NCBI GenBank assembly: GCA_030651475.1
Contig: JAUSEW010000027.1
Coordinates: forward strand, 173,614-237,613
Direction: 5' to 3'
DNA length: 64,000 bases
DNA from: Candidatus Levyibacteriota bacterium
GTDB lineage: Bacteria > Patescibacteriota > Microgenomatia > Levybacterales > UBA12049
Translations under genes and position numbers: made by a program
The notes under the pieces: model-generated
What the model saw: only the letters and a program-made list of their open reading frames with translations
What the model was told of the DNA's origin: nothing
Databases searched by the model: none
Shown here: piece by piece, positions 42,619 through 53,299 of the stretch
Numbering within the stretch: position 1 is the first letter of the stretch
How the letters are laid out: each line of letters begins with the position of its first letter

Positions 42619-43785
42619 ATGGAGCCACTAAAACTTACATATCCGCTAGGTCTAACTTTCGATGATGTTCTTCTCGTTCCAGGTTATTCGGATTTTACCC
42701 GTTCCGACATAAACCTTTCTACTCAACTTACAAAAAAAATAAAACTATCAATTCCTCTTGTTTCAGCACCTATGGATACGGTTACGGAAAGTAAGCTTGC
42801 GATTGCCCTCGCAGAGTTGGGAGGCATAGGCATTATTCACAGAAACCTAACCGTAGGGGATCAAGTAAAAGAAGTCAAAATTGTAAAAAGCACCCATTCG
42901 GCAAGCTCAGGGCAAGCGCTTCTTGTGGGAGCGGCGATTGCGGGAAAAAATTTCGAGGAAAGAACAAAAGCTTTGCTTCATGCACAAGTAGACGTTGTTG
43001 TTATTGACTCTGCTCATGGCTTCACGAAAACAATTATTGAAGCTGTGAAATTTCTCAAAAAGAAATATCCAAAACTTGAAATTATTGCAGGAAACGTGGC
43101 AACATACGACGGAGCTATAGGACTAATAAAGGCGGGGGTGGACGGACTAAGGGTTGGTATGGGACCGGGCGCAATTTGTACAACAAGGATAATTTCAGGC
43201 ATGGGGGTACCTCAAATAACAGCAATAATGGAAACATCTAGGATTGCAAAAAAGCTTGGGGTTCCTATTATTGCAGATGGAGGAATTAAATATTCCGGTG
43301 ATATCGTAAAAGCATTAGCTGCAGGCGCATCAACCGTAATGATGGGAAGTTTTTTTGCGTCAGCTCTTGAAGCTCCGGGAAAAATAGTTAAACTTAATGA
43401 AAAACAAGTTCCTCATAGGTTTAGAAGTGTTTTTAAAACAGCGAAAAACAAATATATTTTCAAGGAGTATAGGGGTATGGGATCGGTTGGCGCGATGGAA
43501 AAAGGAACGAAGATAAAATCAGAAGAGGAATTCCATGGGAAAGATTACGGCGATAGAATTTTAGTTGCAGAGGGAGTCGAGGGCTTGGTTCCCATAAAAG
43601 GAACCGTTAATGAAATTGTTAGTCAAGTATTGGGGGGGATAAGATCAGGTATGTCCTATGTTGGGGCAATCAATATTAAAGAGCTTTGGAAAAAAGCCCG
43701 TTTTATTAGGATAACACAGGCTTCTTTGATAGAAAGCCATCCCCATGATATTCTGATTACAAATCCTGGAAAAAACTATGCGTAA
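42619..43785 (+). CDS. guaB: IMP dehydrogenase lacking the CBS subdomain
   Basis: Catalytic loop [19 protein letters not shown]. 388 aa with no CBS pair. Followed by guaA. Confidence 0.85.
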   Translation: MEPLKLTYPLGLTFDDVLLVPGYSDFTRSDINLSTQLTKKIKLSIPLVSAPMDTVTESKLAIALAELGGIGIIHRNLTVGDQVKEVKIVKSTHSASSGQALLVGAAIAGKNFEERTKALLHAQVDVVVIDSAHGFTKTIIEAVKFLKKKYPKLEIIAGNVATYDGAIGLIKAGVDGLRVGMGPGAICTTRIISGMGVPQITAIMETSRIAKKLGVPIIADGGIKYSGDIVKALAAGASTVMMGSFFASALEAPGKIVKLNEKQVPHRFRSVFKTAKNKYIFKEYRGMGSVGAMEKGTKIKSEEEFHGKDYGDRILVAEGVEGLVPIKGTVNEIVSQVLGGIRSGMSYVGAINIKELWKKARFIRITQASLIESHPHDILITNPGKNYA

Positions 43786-43790
43786 GCTTT

Positions 43791-45317
43791 ATGATATTTG
43801 TTGTTGATTTCGGTTCCCAAACCTCACATTTAATTGCAAGGCGCATAAAGGGTTTCGGAGTTTTAACAAAAATTGTTAATCCGCAAGAAGCATATAGAAG
43901 AATAAAGGAGGAAAAACCTCAAGGTATTATCCTTTCCGGAGGCCCATCATCTGTTTATCAGAAAAAATCCCCAACAATAAATAAAGAGATATTTGATTTA
44001 CGAATTCCCATTCTCGGAATTTGTTATGGATTCCAATTGGCTACGAGCCTTTTGGGCGGTAAGGTAATACCAGGCAAGAAGGAGTATGGTCCTGCGTCAC
44101 TAAAAATGGGAAATGGGAAATGGGAAATGGGAAATAAACTGCCGCAGCAGTTTACCGTCTGGATGTCACACGGCGATGAGGTGATTGAATTACCTAAAGG
44201 TTTTAAGGTGATTGGTTCATCCGACGGGGTACCTTTTGCATTCGTGGGAAATGAAGAAAAGAAAATCTACGGAGTTCAATTCCACCCGGAAGTTGAACAT
44301 ACGGAATACGGTTCACGGATTCTCAAGAATTTCATTAATCTTTGCGACGCGAAAATACAAAAAAGAGAAATTGACATAGAAAAAATACAAAATAAAATAA
44401 AAGAAGAAGTTGGCAGTTCGTATGCCATAGGCGCGGTTTCAGGAGGAGTTGATTCGACAGTTGTCGCAGTTTTAGTTGCAAAAATAATTGGTAAAAAATT
44501 TATCCCCATTTACGTTGATAACGGTTTGATGAGACCAAAAACAGACGTATACATTAAAAAGATTTTCAAAAGCCTAAGCATTAAACCCATCATTGTAAAC
44601 GTAAGAAAAGAAATGCTAAAACTCCTAAAAGGGGTTACAGATTCGGAACAAAAACGTAAAATTATAGGGAATTTTTATATCAGAATTTTTGAAAAGGAAA
44701 TGCGTAAGCAGATAAAAAAGGGCAACGATGTGAGATTTTTGCTGCAAGGAACCATCTATTCTGATGTTATAGAAAGTCAAGGAACAAAACATTCGGCAAA
44801 AATAAAAAGCCACCATAATGTCGGAGGATTACCTAAAAAGATGAAATTGAAATTACTCGAGCCAATGAGGAGTTTTTACAAAGATGAGGTTAGGGAAATA
44901 GGAAGGAAGCTAGGTTTACCCGAAGAATTTATTAACAAGCAGCCTTTTCCGGGTCCTGGTTTTGCAGTTAGGATTAGGGGAGAGGTCACAAGAAAAAGAT
45001 TGGAAATGGAGAAAAAAGCGGATGAGATAGTGCTGTCGGAGCTAGAAAAGACGGGAATTTTGCAAAATGTTTTTTTGTCATTTCCTGTTTTGACAAACGC
45101 GTTTTCAACGGCTGTAAAAGGGGACGGAAGGAATTTTGGTGAGGTTGTTGCCATAAGAATAGTTGAATCAAAAGATATAATGACATCAACATGGGCACGC
45201 ATTCCCTATGATTTGATGCAAAAAATTTCAAGCAGAATTGTTAATGAAGTCGAAGGAGTTTCCCGAGTCGTCTACGATATTACTACCAAACCTCCGGCAA
45301 CAATGGAGTGGGAATAG
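43791..45317 (+). CDS. guaA: GMP synthase (glutamine-hydrolysing)
   Basis: GATase GICYGFQ...HPE. ATP-PPase SGGVDSTV. Canonical C-terminus ...TMEWE. Confidence 0.95.
   Translation: MIFVVDFGSQTSHLIARRIKGFGVLTKIVNPQEAYRRIKEEKPQGIILSGGPSSVYQKKSPTINKEIFDLRIPILGICYGFQLATSLLGGKVIPGKKEYGPASLKMGNGKWEMGNKLPQQFTVWMSHGDEVIELPKGFKVIGSSDGVPFAFVGNEEKKIYGVQFHPEVEHTEYGSRILKNFINLCDAKIQKREIDIEKIQNKIKEEVGSSYAIGAVSGGVDSTVVAVLVAKIIGKKFIPIYVDNGLMRPKTDVYIKKIFKSLSIKPIIVNVRKEMLKLLKGVTDSEQKRKIIGNFYIRIFEKEMRKQIKKGNDVRFLLQGTIYSDVIESQGTKHSAKIKSHHNVGGLPKKMKLKLLEPMRSFYKDEVREIGRKLGLPEEFINKQPFPGPGFAVRIRGEVTRKRLEMEKKADEIVLSELEKTGILQNVFLSFPVLTNAFSTAVKGDGRNFGEVVAIRIVESKDIMTSTWARIPYDLMQKISSRIVNEVEGVSRVVYDITTKPPATMEWE
44108..44135 (+). 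repeat. tandem heptanucleotide repeat (GGGAAAT)x4 inside the guaA coding sequence
   Basis: Seen directly. Encodes the insertion MGNGKWEMGNK in the GATase domain. Confidence 0.8.
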
Positions 45318-45320
45318 AAA
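45294..45320 (+). repeat. direct repeat copy A: the last 8 codons plus stop of guaA (CCGGCAACAATGGAGTGGGAATAGAAA)
   Basis: About 27/29 nt identical to copy B at 47036-47064. Confidence 0.8.
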
Positions 45321-45377
45321 CTTGAAAACACATTTAATTTCTCTTATACTTACGCTGCGTTAAAATTATTTACATTT

Positions 45378-47030
45378 ATGCCAGAAAGACGGTCAGAACA
45401 TATCATTCCCCAAGACGTTGATCAAGAAAATAAACAGGGTTCTTCTTTCCGAACTACAGATATTCTCAGCGTGGCACGAGCGCTTTGGCCTGATAGAGTT
45501 GTAATTAAGTTTGGAGAAAGAAACATTACGTATGAAACTCTCTATGAAAAGTCTACTAAAATAGCTCATGGTTTGTCTAAAATTGGAGTTGGGCGTGGCG
45601 ATCGAGTTGCGATGCTGTCAGGGAATTCTCCCGAATATATACAAGCATATTTTGCAACAGCTTTACTTGGAGCGGAATTCGTTCCACTTAATTTTAGAAG
45701 TAAACATGATCAGCTAACTTATATGCTTAATATTGTACATGCAAAAGTATTGCTTTATGCAGATCGAAATAGACAAGACGCTCAGGCTATAAGAAAAGAT
45801 ATTAATCCAAATATACAATATGTTTCCCTTGGAACAGACATGGAGAAAAAACTAGAAGGAGAATTAAGCTATCAAGATTTCATTAACCAGGAGGAAGCAG
45901 ATGAAATTAATGATCCAAACGGAACAGATGAAGATGTAACAGTTATTATGTTTACGTCTGGAACCACGTCGTTTCCAAAGGCTGTCGAACAACAACATAG
46001 AAGTTTTACTGAGTTACTTTCGTTTCCAGAAGATCTTGAAAAACAGGAAACCATTCTTATAACAACGCCACTTTTCCATGTAGCTGCTTTGCAAGGAGTA
46101 TTTTCGTCTATCGCAGAAGGCCGAACCATGGTGCTTCTTCCGGACATTAAACCAGAGAGTTTATTGCAAGCACTTGCTAACGGCGTACAACGCGCAACAC
46201 TTGTTCCAACACAAATAGAGCAAATTATTAGTCACCCAGATTTTCCCAAACATGATTTAAGTAATCTTAGGCAAATAACCTATGGTGGATCTCAAATGCC
46301 TCTCAATGTAATTCTTGAAGCAATAAAAAAATTATCACAAGTGTCATTCGTAAGGGCGTATGGATTAACAGAAACAGGAGGAACGGTTGCTGTGTTGGGT
46401 TCAGAAGCCCACAAAATAACAGGACATGAAACAGAAGCAGAGCTACGGAAAAAGCAATACGTGCTTACCTATGGAATTGGAAAGCCAATAGAGGGAGTAA
46501 AGATAACAATCGTTGATGATGCAGGGAACGAGATCCCTCCGCGAGAGGATGAAAACGGTGGAGAATTAGGACGGATAACAATTAGAACAAATCGAGTCAT
46601 GAAGGGATATCTCGGTAGGCAGAAAGAGACAAAAGATATTCTTGATGGAAACACGTTAACTACTAGTGATCTTGGGTGGATTGACAATGAAGGAAATGTT
46701 TACTGTATGGGAAGGGCTGACGATATGATAATACGTGGCGGAGAAAAAATTCCACCCGCAGAAGTTGAAACGATACTTTTAGGTAATCCTGAAATTGCTG
46801 ATGCAGGAGTAATTGGGATTTCAGACAATGAATGGGGGCAAGCTGTCGCAGCTGTTATTGTGCTCAATACAGGAAGCAAGGCTACTCAACAGGAAATTAT
46901 TGAATTTTGCAGAGAAAGACTTGGGAGTTCGAAATCTCCAGCTAGAATCATATTTACCAAAGAACTTCCCAGGAATGCTATGGGAAAATTAGTGCGTAAA
47001 GACCTCCAAAGATTATTCGTATCCTCTTAA
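45378..47030 (+). CDS. AMP-dependent synthetase/ligase (acyl-CoA synthetase family)
   Basis: AMP-binding motifs IMFTSGTTSFPKAV, YGLTETGG, GWIDNEGNVYCMGRADDMI, GEKI. Confidence 0.9.
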   Translation: MPERRSEHIIPQDVDQENKQGSSFRTTDILSVARALWPDRVVIKFGERNITYETLYEKSTKIAHGLSKIGVGRGDRVAMLSGNSPEYIQAYFATALLGAEFVPLNFRSKHDQLTYMLNIVHAKVLLYADRNRQDAQAIRKDINPNIQYVSLGTDMEKKLEGELSYQDFINQEEADEINDPNGTDEDVTVIMFTSGTTSFPKAVEQQHRSFTELLSFPEDLEKQETILITTPLFHVAALQGVFSSIAEGRTMVLLPDIKPESLLQALANGVQRATLVPTQIEQIISHPDFPKHDLSNLRQITYGGSQMPLNVILEAIKKLSQVSFVRAYGLTETGGTVAVLGSEAHKITGHETEAELRKKQYVLTYGIGKPIEGVKITIVDDAGNEIPPREDENGGELGRITIRTNRVMKGYLGRQKETKDILDGNTLTTSDLGWIDNEGNVYCMGRADDMIIRGGEKIPPAEVETILLGNPEIADAGVIGISDNEWGQAVAAVIVLNTGSKATQQEIIEFCRERLGSSKSPARIIFTKELPRNAMGKLVRKDLQRLFVSS

Positions 47031-47035
47031 TCCAC

Positions 47036-47064
47036 CCGGCAACAATGGAATGGGAATAAGAAAT
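47036..47064 (+). repeat. direct repeat copy B: non-coding duplicate of the guaA 3' end (CCGGCAACAATGGAATGGGAATAAGAAA), which would encode PATMEWE-stop
   Basis: Seen directly. Lies just after the ligase stop codon. Confidence 0.8.
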
Positions 47065-48402
47065 TTACTCCTTGTTTTTAGAAGAAATTAGTCCTGTTCG
47101 CTTGAATGCAACATCGATATTTTTAAGATAGAAGCTTGGATCGAAAAGTTCGGTAATTTGGTCCTGCTTCAGAAGTCTTGCGATTTTTATATTGTCCGAC
47201 ACGAGCTTAGTTAATGGAGTTTCCGTATCTATTGCCTTTTGAGAAAGTTCTTTTACTAACTCATAAGCTTCCGTCCTTGAAATCTTTTGGGTTTCTAGTA
47301 AAACATTCAACAAGCGAGAGCTATAAATAGCCCCGTGTGTTTTGTCCATATTCTTGACCATCCTATCTGCATTTACTACTAATCCGTCCATAACAAGTGT
47401 TGTTAGCTTAGCTGCGTAAGATAAGCACCCAAATAAATCAGGGTAGACAAAACGTTCACTTGATGAATGACTAATATCTCGCTCAAGCCATGTTATAGCT
47501 GTGTCTAACTCTGTTGCAACTTTTTCCCTAACCTCCCGATTTAATCCTACGACACGCTCTGTTAATTCCGTGTTCCTTTTATGGGGCATTGCGCTTGATC
47601 CTTGTTGATCTTTTGGGTCAAAAGGCTCTCGTACTTCGCCTATATCAGTCATACCCAGAAGCCTAATGTTTGTGGCAATTCGGGCAAGCGTTGTTCCGTT
47701 TATCCCCATTAAGGCGACCACTTCTGCGTGCCGATCACGACTGATAATTTGAGTTGGTGCTTCGTCCGGTTTTAGACCTAATTTGGCTAGTGCTTCTTCC
47801 TCCAATTCCGGAGAGATAAATACATGAGTTCCGATCTCGCCAGACAATTTTCCAAAAGCAATTACTTTTTTAGCACGATCAATTCTTTCAATTCCGCGTT
47901 TTACTTCCGCATACCATCCCACAATTTGACGACCAAAAGTTTGAGGTATTGCATGTTGACCGTGTGTTCTTCCAATCTGCAACGTTTCCTTATGTTTAAG
48001 CGCAAGTTTTTTTAAAGATTTTCCCAATTGATCAAAATCATTCCCTACGATATTCAAAGATTCTATTATTTGCAAGGAAAGGCTTGTATCCAGTACGTCG
48101 GAACTGGTGTTTCCTAAATGAATAAAATTTCCTGCTTCAGGAGAAAGTTTAGTTTGAACTTTTCGAAGTAATTTATTCGTTTCGTGCCCTTTTGCTTCAT
48201 TAAGAGCTATTATGTCCTTGGGAGTTAGCTCTAAAGCAGCGAGAATTTGTTTTAATTGTCTTGCCGTTGGCTTACCATAAAGTTCGTGTCTGGCTTCACT
48301 TTGGGCTTCCCAAATTTTAGCTTGAGCCCGAAAATACCCCTCCGGTTCCCAAACTTTTATCATATCGGGAACTTGCCCTGCATAACGTTTTGGTAATGGC
48401 AT
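47065..48402 (-). CDS. purB: adenylosuccinate lyase
   Basis: Fumarate-lyase signature GSSAMPHKRN. Adjacent to purA. Confidence 0.9.
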   Translation of the reverse strand: MPLPKRYAGQVPDMIKVWEPEGYFRAQAKIWEAQSEARHELYGKPTARQLKQILAALELTPKDIIALNEAKGHETNKLLRKVQTKLSPEAGNFIHLGNTSSDVLDTSLSLQIIESLNIVGNDFDQLGKSLKKLALKHKETLQIGRTHGQHAIPQTFGRQIVGWYAEVKRGIERIDRAKKVIAFGKLSGEIGTHVFISPELEEEALAKLGLKPDEAPTQIISRDRHAEVVALMGINGTTLARIATNIRLLGMTDIGEVREPFDPKDQQGSSAMPHKRNTELTERVVGLNREVREKVATELDTAITWLERDISHSSSERFVYPDLFGCLSYAAKLTTLVMDGLVVNADRMVKNMDKTHGAIYSSRLLNVLLETQKISRTEAYELVKELSQKAIDTETPLTKLVSDNIKIARLLKQDQITELFDPSFYLKNIDVAFKRTGLISSKNKE

Positions 48403-48420
48403 ATTTTTACTTACACAATG

Positions 48421-49803
<1,383 letters not shown>

Positions 49804-49830
49804 TTATGAGGTTTATGATATACTATCGTA

Positions 49831-50271
49831 ATGGCAGAACGTAAAGAAAAATCAACAATTCCAGGCTATGTATCTCGTATTATATACGACGAAGTAGTAA
49901 GACGCGAACTAGATGAAAATAAATCAGCTACGCTTCTTAGGGCGGAAAATATTGGACTGAAAAAGACTTTAGGGAATATTGAACGCACAGCTGTAGACAT
50001 AGGTCTAATTGGATTTTGGAAAAAAAGGAGACTATTAGAAGACACTCAAGCAAGAAATAGTTTGGGTGAAGTAGGATATACAGCACGACTAAGAGAAGCA
50101 GAAGAACAACTCCATGCAGCGCGAAGGATTTATGCGCTTTTAAAACCAAACGATAGCTTAGGCCAAATTTACAATAAAAGCGTAAAACTTGCCTTGGAAG
50201 TAAGTAAATCACTTGACGCTAAAACCCCAGCAGATATAGGAGTATCTCAAGCACAAGTCTTCAAACGATAA
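49831..50271 (+). CDS. hypothetical protein (146 aa, helical, no motif)
   Basis: Isolated plus-strand ORF. No recognisable signature. Confidence 0.35.
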   Translation: MAERKEKSTIPGYVSRIIYDEVVRRELDENKSATLLRAENIGLKKTLGNIERTAVDIGLIGFWKKRRLLEDTQARNSLGEVGYTARLREAEEQLHAARRIYALLKPNDSLGQIYNKSVKLALEVSKSLDAKTPADIGVSQAQVFKR

Positions 50272-50312
50272 ATTTTATCTACATCGTGCATAAAATCGAT
50301 ATTAAATGCAGA

Positions 50313-50338
50313 TATAGATAACCTGTATAGATAACCTG
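50313..50338 (+). repeat. tandem direct repeat 2 x TATAGATAACCTG in the 177-bp leader upstream of the 2-hydroxyacid dehydrogenase gene
   Basis: Seen directly. Confidence 0.7.
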
Positions 50339-50448
50339 GGAGGTGGACTACGTTGACACCTAGGGAAAATCTGTATATTACTCCCACCATAATGTCACAG
50401 CCAGTACAATAAATAGAATTTTATTTGTAATTGTGATACTGTTTATAT

Positions 50449-51456
50449 ATGGAGCCAATTGTCTTTTTCGAAATTGAAAAATGGGAAATAGAACATATCC
50501 AGAAGATTGATCCTCAGATACAAGCTGTATTTACTGATGAAAAAGCACATGACGGGAAAGACGAATCGTTATTCAAATCCACAATTATTTCAACTTTTAT
50601 TTACTCTGAATTAAATCAAGAAACTCTTGATAAATTCCCAAACCTCAAATTTATCGCGACCCGCTCAACTGGTTATGATCATATTGATCTTGATTATTGC
50701 AAGCAAAAAGGAATCACAGTAGTAAATGTTCCATCTTATGGAGCGCATGCAGTTGCTGAACATACATTTGCATTGATTCTTGCACTAAGTCGCAATTTAA
50801 TACCAACTATTGAGCATAGTCGTAGAGGTGATTTTAGTCTTGAGGGGCTTCGTGGATTTGATCTTGCCGGTAAGACGATTGGTGTTGTTGGTGTCGGGAA
50901 GATTGGCAGTAAAGTTGTAAAGCTTGCATTGTCTTTTGAAATGAATGTCATGGTTTTTACAAAATCGCAACAAGCAAATACTTTTTCTCCTGAAAATGTT
51001 AAATATGTTTCCTTTGACGAGCTGATTAGTAATTCGGATATCATAACGCTTCATATTCCTCTTACAGCTGAGACAGAACATCTAATAAACAAAGACAATA
51101 TTAAAAAGTTTAAAAAAGGTAGTATTCTGATAAATACTGCACGCGGTCCTCTTGTTGAAACTCAGGCAATTTTGGATGGGCTTGAGCTTGGAATTCTTAA
51201 ATCCGTTGGACTTGATGTTTTGGAGGAAGAATGTTCTCTTAAAGAAGAACGGGAGTTACTAAGTGATGAATTTTTGAAAAAATGTGATATCAAAACCCAG
51301 CTTCTTAATCACGTGCTATTAAATAGAAATGAAGTTCTATACACAAATCATAATGCTTTCAATAGTAATGAAGCAGTCGGACAGATTCTTGATGTGACAA
51401 TTGAGAACATTCGCTCTTATCTTGCGGGTGATGTGCAAAATAAAGTTGATGCATAA
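50449..51456 (+). CDS. D-isomer-specific 2-hydroxyacid dehydrogenase (D-lactate / phosphoglycerate dehydrogenase-like)
   Basis: NAD-binding GKTIGVVGVGKIGSKV. Catalytic R/E/H region NTARG...E...HNAF. Confidence 0.85.
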   Translation: MEPIVFFEIEKWEIEHIQKIDPQIQAVFTDEKAHDGKDESLFKSTIISTFIYSELNQETLDKFPNLKFIATRSTGYDHIDLDYCKQKGITVVNVPSYGAHAVAEHTFALILALSRNLIPTIEHSRRGDFSLEGLRGFDLAGKTIGVVGVGKIGSKVVKLALSFEMNVMVFTKSQQANTFSPENVKYVSFDELISNSDIITLHIPLTAETEHLINKDNIKKFKKGSILINTARGPLVETQAILDGLELGILKSVGLDVLEEECSLKEERELLSDEFLKKCDIKTQLLNHVLLNRNEVLYTNHNAFNSNEAVGQILDVTIENIRSYLAGDVQNKVDA

Positions 51457-51616
51457 ATATGGAAGGGAAAAACAAAAAATTTATTCTCTGGTTTGATGAG
51501 GTAGATAAGAATGATATTTCGCCTCCCAGGTGAGATACCGGTGTTTATTAGCAGCTGCTGTCATGGGGGTTTTTTATGTGACGATACTAAGAAAATTGAA
51601 AATATAACGCAATTAA

Positions 51617-52249
51617 TTATATTAAGCGTACAGCGAGAAAATGGAAAACACTTCCCAATAAAACGAATAAATGCCAAATTGCGTGACTAAATGGAATTTT
51701 TTTATAAGCGAAGGAAAATATGCCAAAAGAATAACAAATGCCACCTAAAACAAGAAGGGAAAGCATATCGGGTTTTAATGATACCCAAAGAGGTTTGACT
51801 ACAATTGGAGCAATCCACCCAAGCAACAAGTAAAAAACCAGTGTCAATAGTTTCAGTTTTTCTAAGAAGACTGCTTTAAGTATTATCCCAAGTATTGCAA
51901 GTAACCATACTATGCCTAACAAAACCCATCCAAGCCTTCCTTTTAAAACGAGTATCATAAAAGGAGTATATGTCCCAGCTATAAGAAGAAAAATTGACGA
52001 ATAATCAAAGGCCAGAAATACCTTTCTTGCTTTTGTAAAGGTTAAACTATGTGAAAGAGTTGACGTTAGATACATTAGTATTAAACAAGTTCCAAAAACG
52101 CCAAAACCTATAATTTTGATGGAAGTATTTGTTTTGGCAGGGTCCAAAAAAAGAACCACTAAGCCAATAATTGAGAGGATGATGCCAATACCATGTATAA
52201 AACTATTGAGAATTTCTTCTATAATTTTCTGCTTATTGTTTAAAACCAC
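51617..52249 (-). CDS. hemolysin III / PAQR family 7-TM protein
   Basis: 7 TM helices with conserved His positions (SHSLTF, HAIWHLFV). Confidence 0.75.
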   Translation of the reverse strand: MVLNNKQKIIEEILNSFIHGIGIILSIIGLVVLFLDPAKTNTSIKIIGFGVFGTCLILMYLTSTLSHSLTFTKARKVFLAFDYSSIFLLIAGTYTPFMILVLKGRLGWVLLGIVWLLAILGIILKAVFLEKLKLLTLVFYLLLGWIAPIVVKPLWVSLKPDMLSLLVLGGICYSFGIFSFAYKKIPFSHAIWHLFVLLGSVFHFLAVRLI

Positions 52250-52273
52250 GGCTTTAGCAGTGTAGCATATTTG

Positions 52274-52347
52274 TAGCCCCTACCGGATTCGAACCGGTGA
52301 TTCTCTGGCTGAAAACCAGATGTCCTAGGCCACTAGACGAAGGGGCC
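52274..52347 (-). tRNA. tRNA-Glu (anticodon TTC)
   Basis: Reverse complement folds: acceptor GGCCCCT/AGGGGCT, anticodon stem TCTGG/CCAGA with loop TTTTCAG, T loop TTCGAAT. Confidence 0.8.
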
Positions 52348-52429
52348 AAATTACGCGTGAATAAATTTTACCACAACAAACACTTCGTAGTATTATATCT
52401 AAAATACCCACATTAGACAATTACTACTT

Positions 52430-53092
52430 CTATTTTAGCTTGTTCTTGATGGCATCCAATATGCCTTTGGCTACATCTTTGCCGCCTAAACCGAAGGATA
52501 TTCCCCCGGCTATTGCAACCATTGCAACAAAACCGGTAAATAATATCCTGATTAGGTCTGTTGCAACTCCCAGCTGATTTAGAACTGCCAATATAACAAA
52601 TACATTAACAGCCCATTTGGAAACACCTGCGATTGTATTGGCTGTTTCCGACGAAACTGTTTTGGCAGACGCCAAAACTACATCGTGAGCGAGTTTGGCA
52701 AAGACAAATCCTACCAAGCCTATGATTGCCGCCACAAATACGTTTGGCAGATACATTAAAAACTCATTTAGAACCGTAAATACTCTTGATAGTCCCCATA
52801 CATCGACCGCTGGGATTAAGAAAAGTATAAATACGAACCATCTGGCTATTTCTGCCAAGATATTTGTCCATGTAAATTCTTCTTTTGCTTCCGGAACGCT
52901 GTATTTCCTAAGCAAGTTCTCAACTTTTAAGGCTTTGAGAACTCCAATAACCAATTGCTTAAGAAGGGACGAAACTATAATGCCGATAATGATAATGATG
53001 ACTCCGGTAAGAAGTTTTGGGACAAATATTGCAACTCCGACAATCCCGTTGTTAAGGGAGGATATTAAAGTCTGACCAATGTCATTACTCAT
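52430..53092 (-). CDS. membrane protein with repeated conserved TM helices (possibly small MscS-like)
   Basis: Five to six TM helices with a repeated pattern. No catalytic motif. Confidence 0.3.
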   Translation of the reverse strand: MSNDIGQTLISSLNNGIVGVAIFVPKLLTGVIIIIIGIIVSSLLKQLVIGVLKALKVENLLRKYSVPEAKEEFTWTNILAEIARWFVFILFLIPAVDVWGLSRVFTVLNEFLMYLPNVFVAAIIGLVGFVFAKLAHDVVLASAKTVSSETANTIAGVSKWAVNVFVILAVLNQLGVATDLIRILFTGFVAMVAIAGGISFGLGGKDVAKGILDAIKNKLK

Positions 53093-53147
53093 TTTCTCAC
53101 CTCCTTTCGTTTTTAGCTAAATCCAGTGTACGCAGGTTTTTCACGCC

Positions 53148-53177
53148 TTGTCAAGCAAAAGGTTTTGTTGATATAAT
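53148..53177 (+). promoter_or_regulatory. sigma70-like promoter TTGTCA-N18-TGaTATAAT upstream of tRNA-Lys
   Basis: Consensus-like hexamers with an extended -10, 16 nt before the tRNA 5' end. Confidence 0.45.
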
Positions 53178-53193
53178 TGATAAGTTTAAATAC

Positions 53194-53265
53194 GGTCCGG
53201 TAGCTCAGTGGTAGAGCAGGAGCCTTTTAAGCTCTTGGTCCTGGGTTCGAATCCCAGCCGGATCA
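53194..53265 (+). tRNA. tRNA-Lys (anticodon TTT)
   Basis: Cloverleaf: acceptor GGTCCGG/CCGGATC, anticodon stem GGAGC/GCTCT with loop CTTTTAA, T loop TTCGAAT. Confidence 0.8.
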
Positions 53266-53299
53266 CTGCGTCGTTTTGCTCCTCCCCTTCGGCTAATTC

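Noticed and set aside
51556-51567. AGCAGCTGCT palindrome and a nearby G-run/T-run that looked terminator-like
   Set aside because: The stem is too short, and the possible CCUCCCA/UGGGGG pairing needs a loop of about 35 nt. It is not a convincing intrinsic terminator.
51510-51689. 59-aa Cys-containing small ORF in the convergent ldh-like/hlyIII spacer
   Set aside because: It is below the ORF cutoff, overlaps the hlyIII 3' end on the opposite strand, and has no RBS or promoter.
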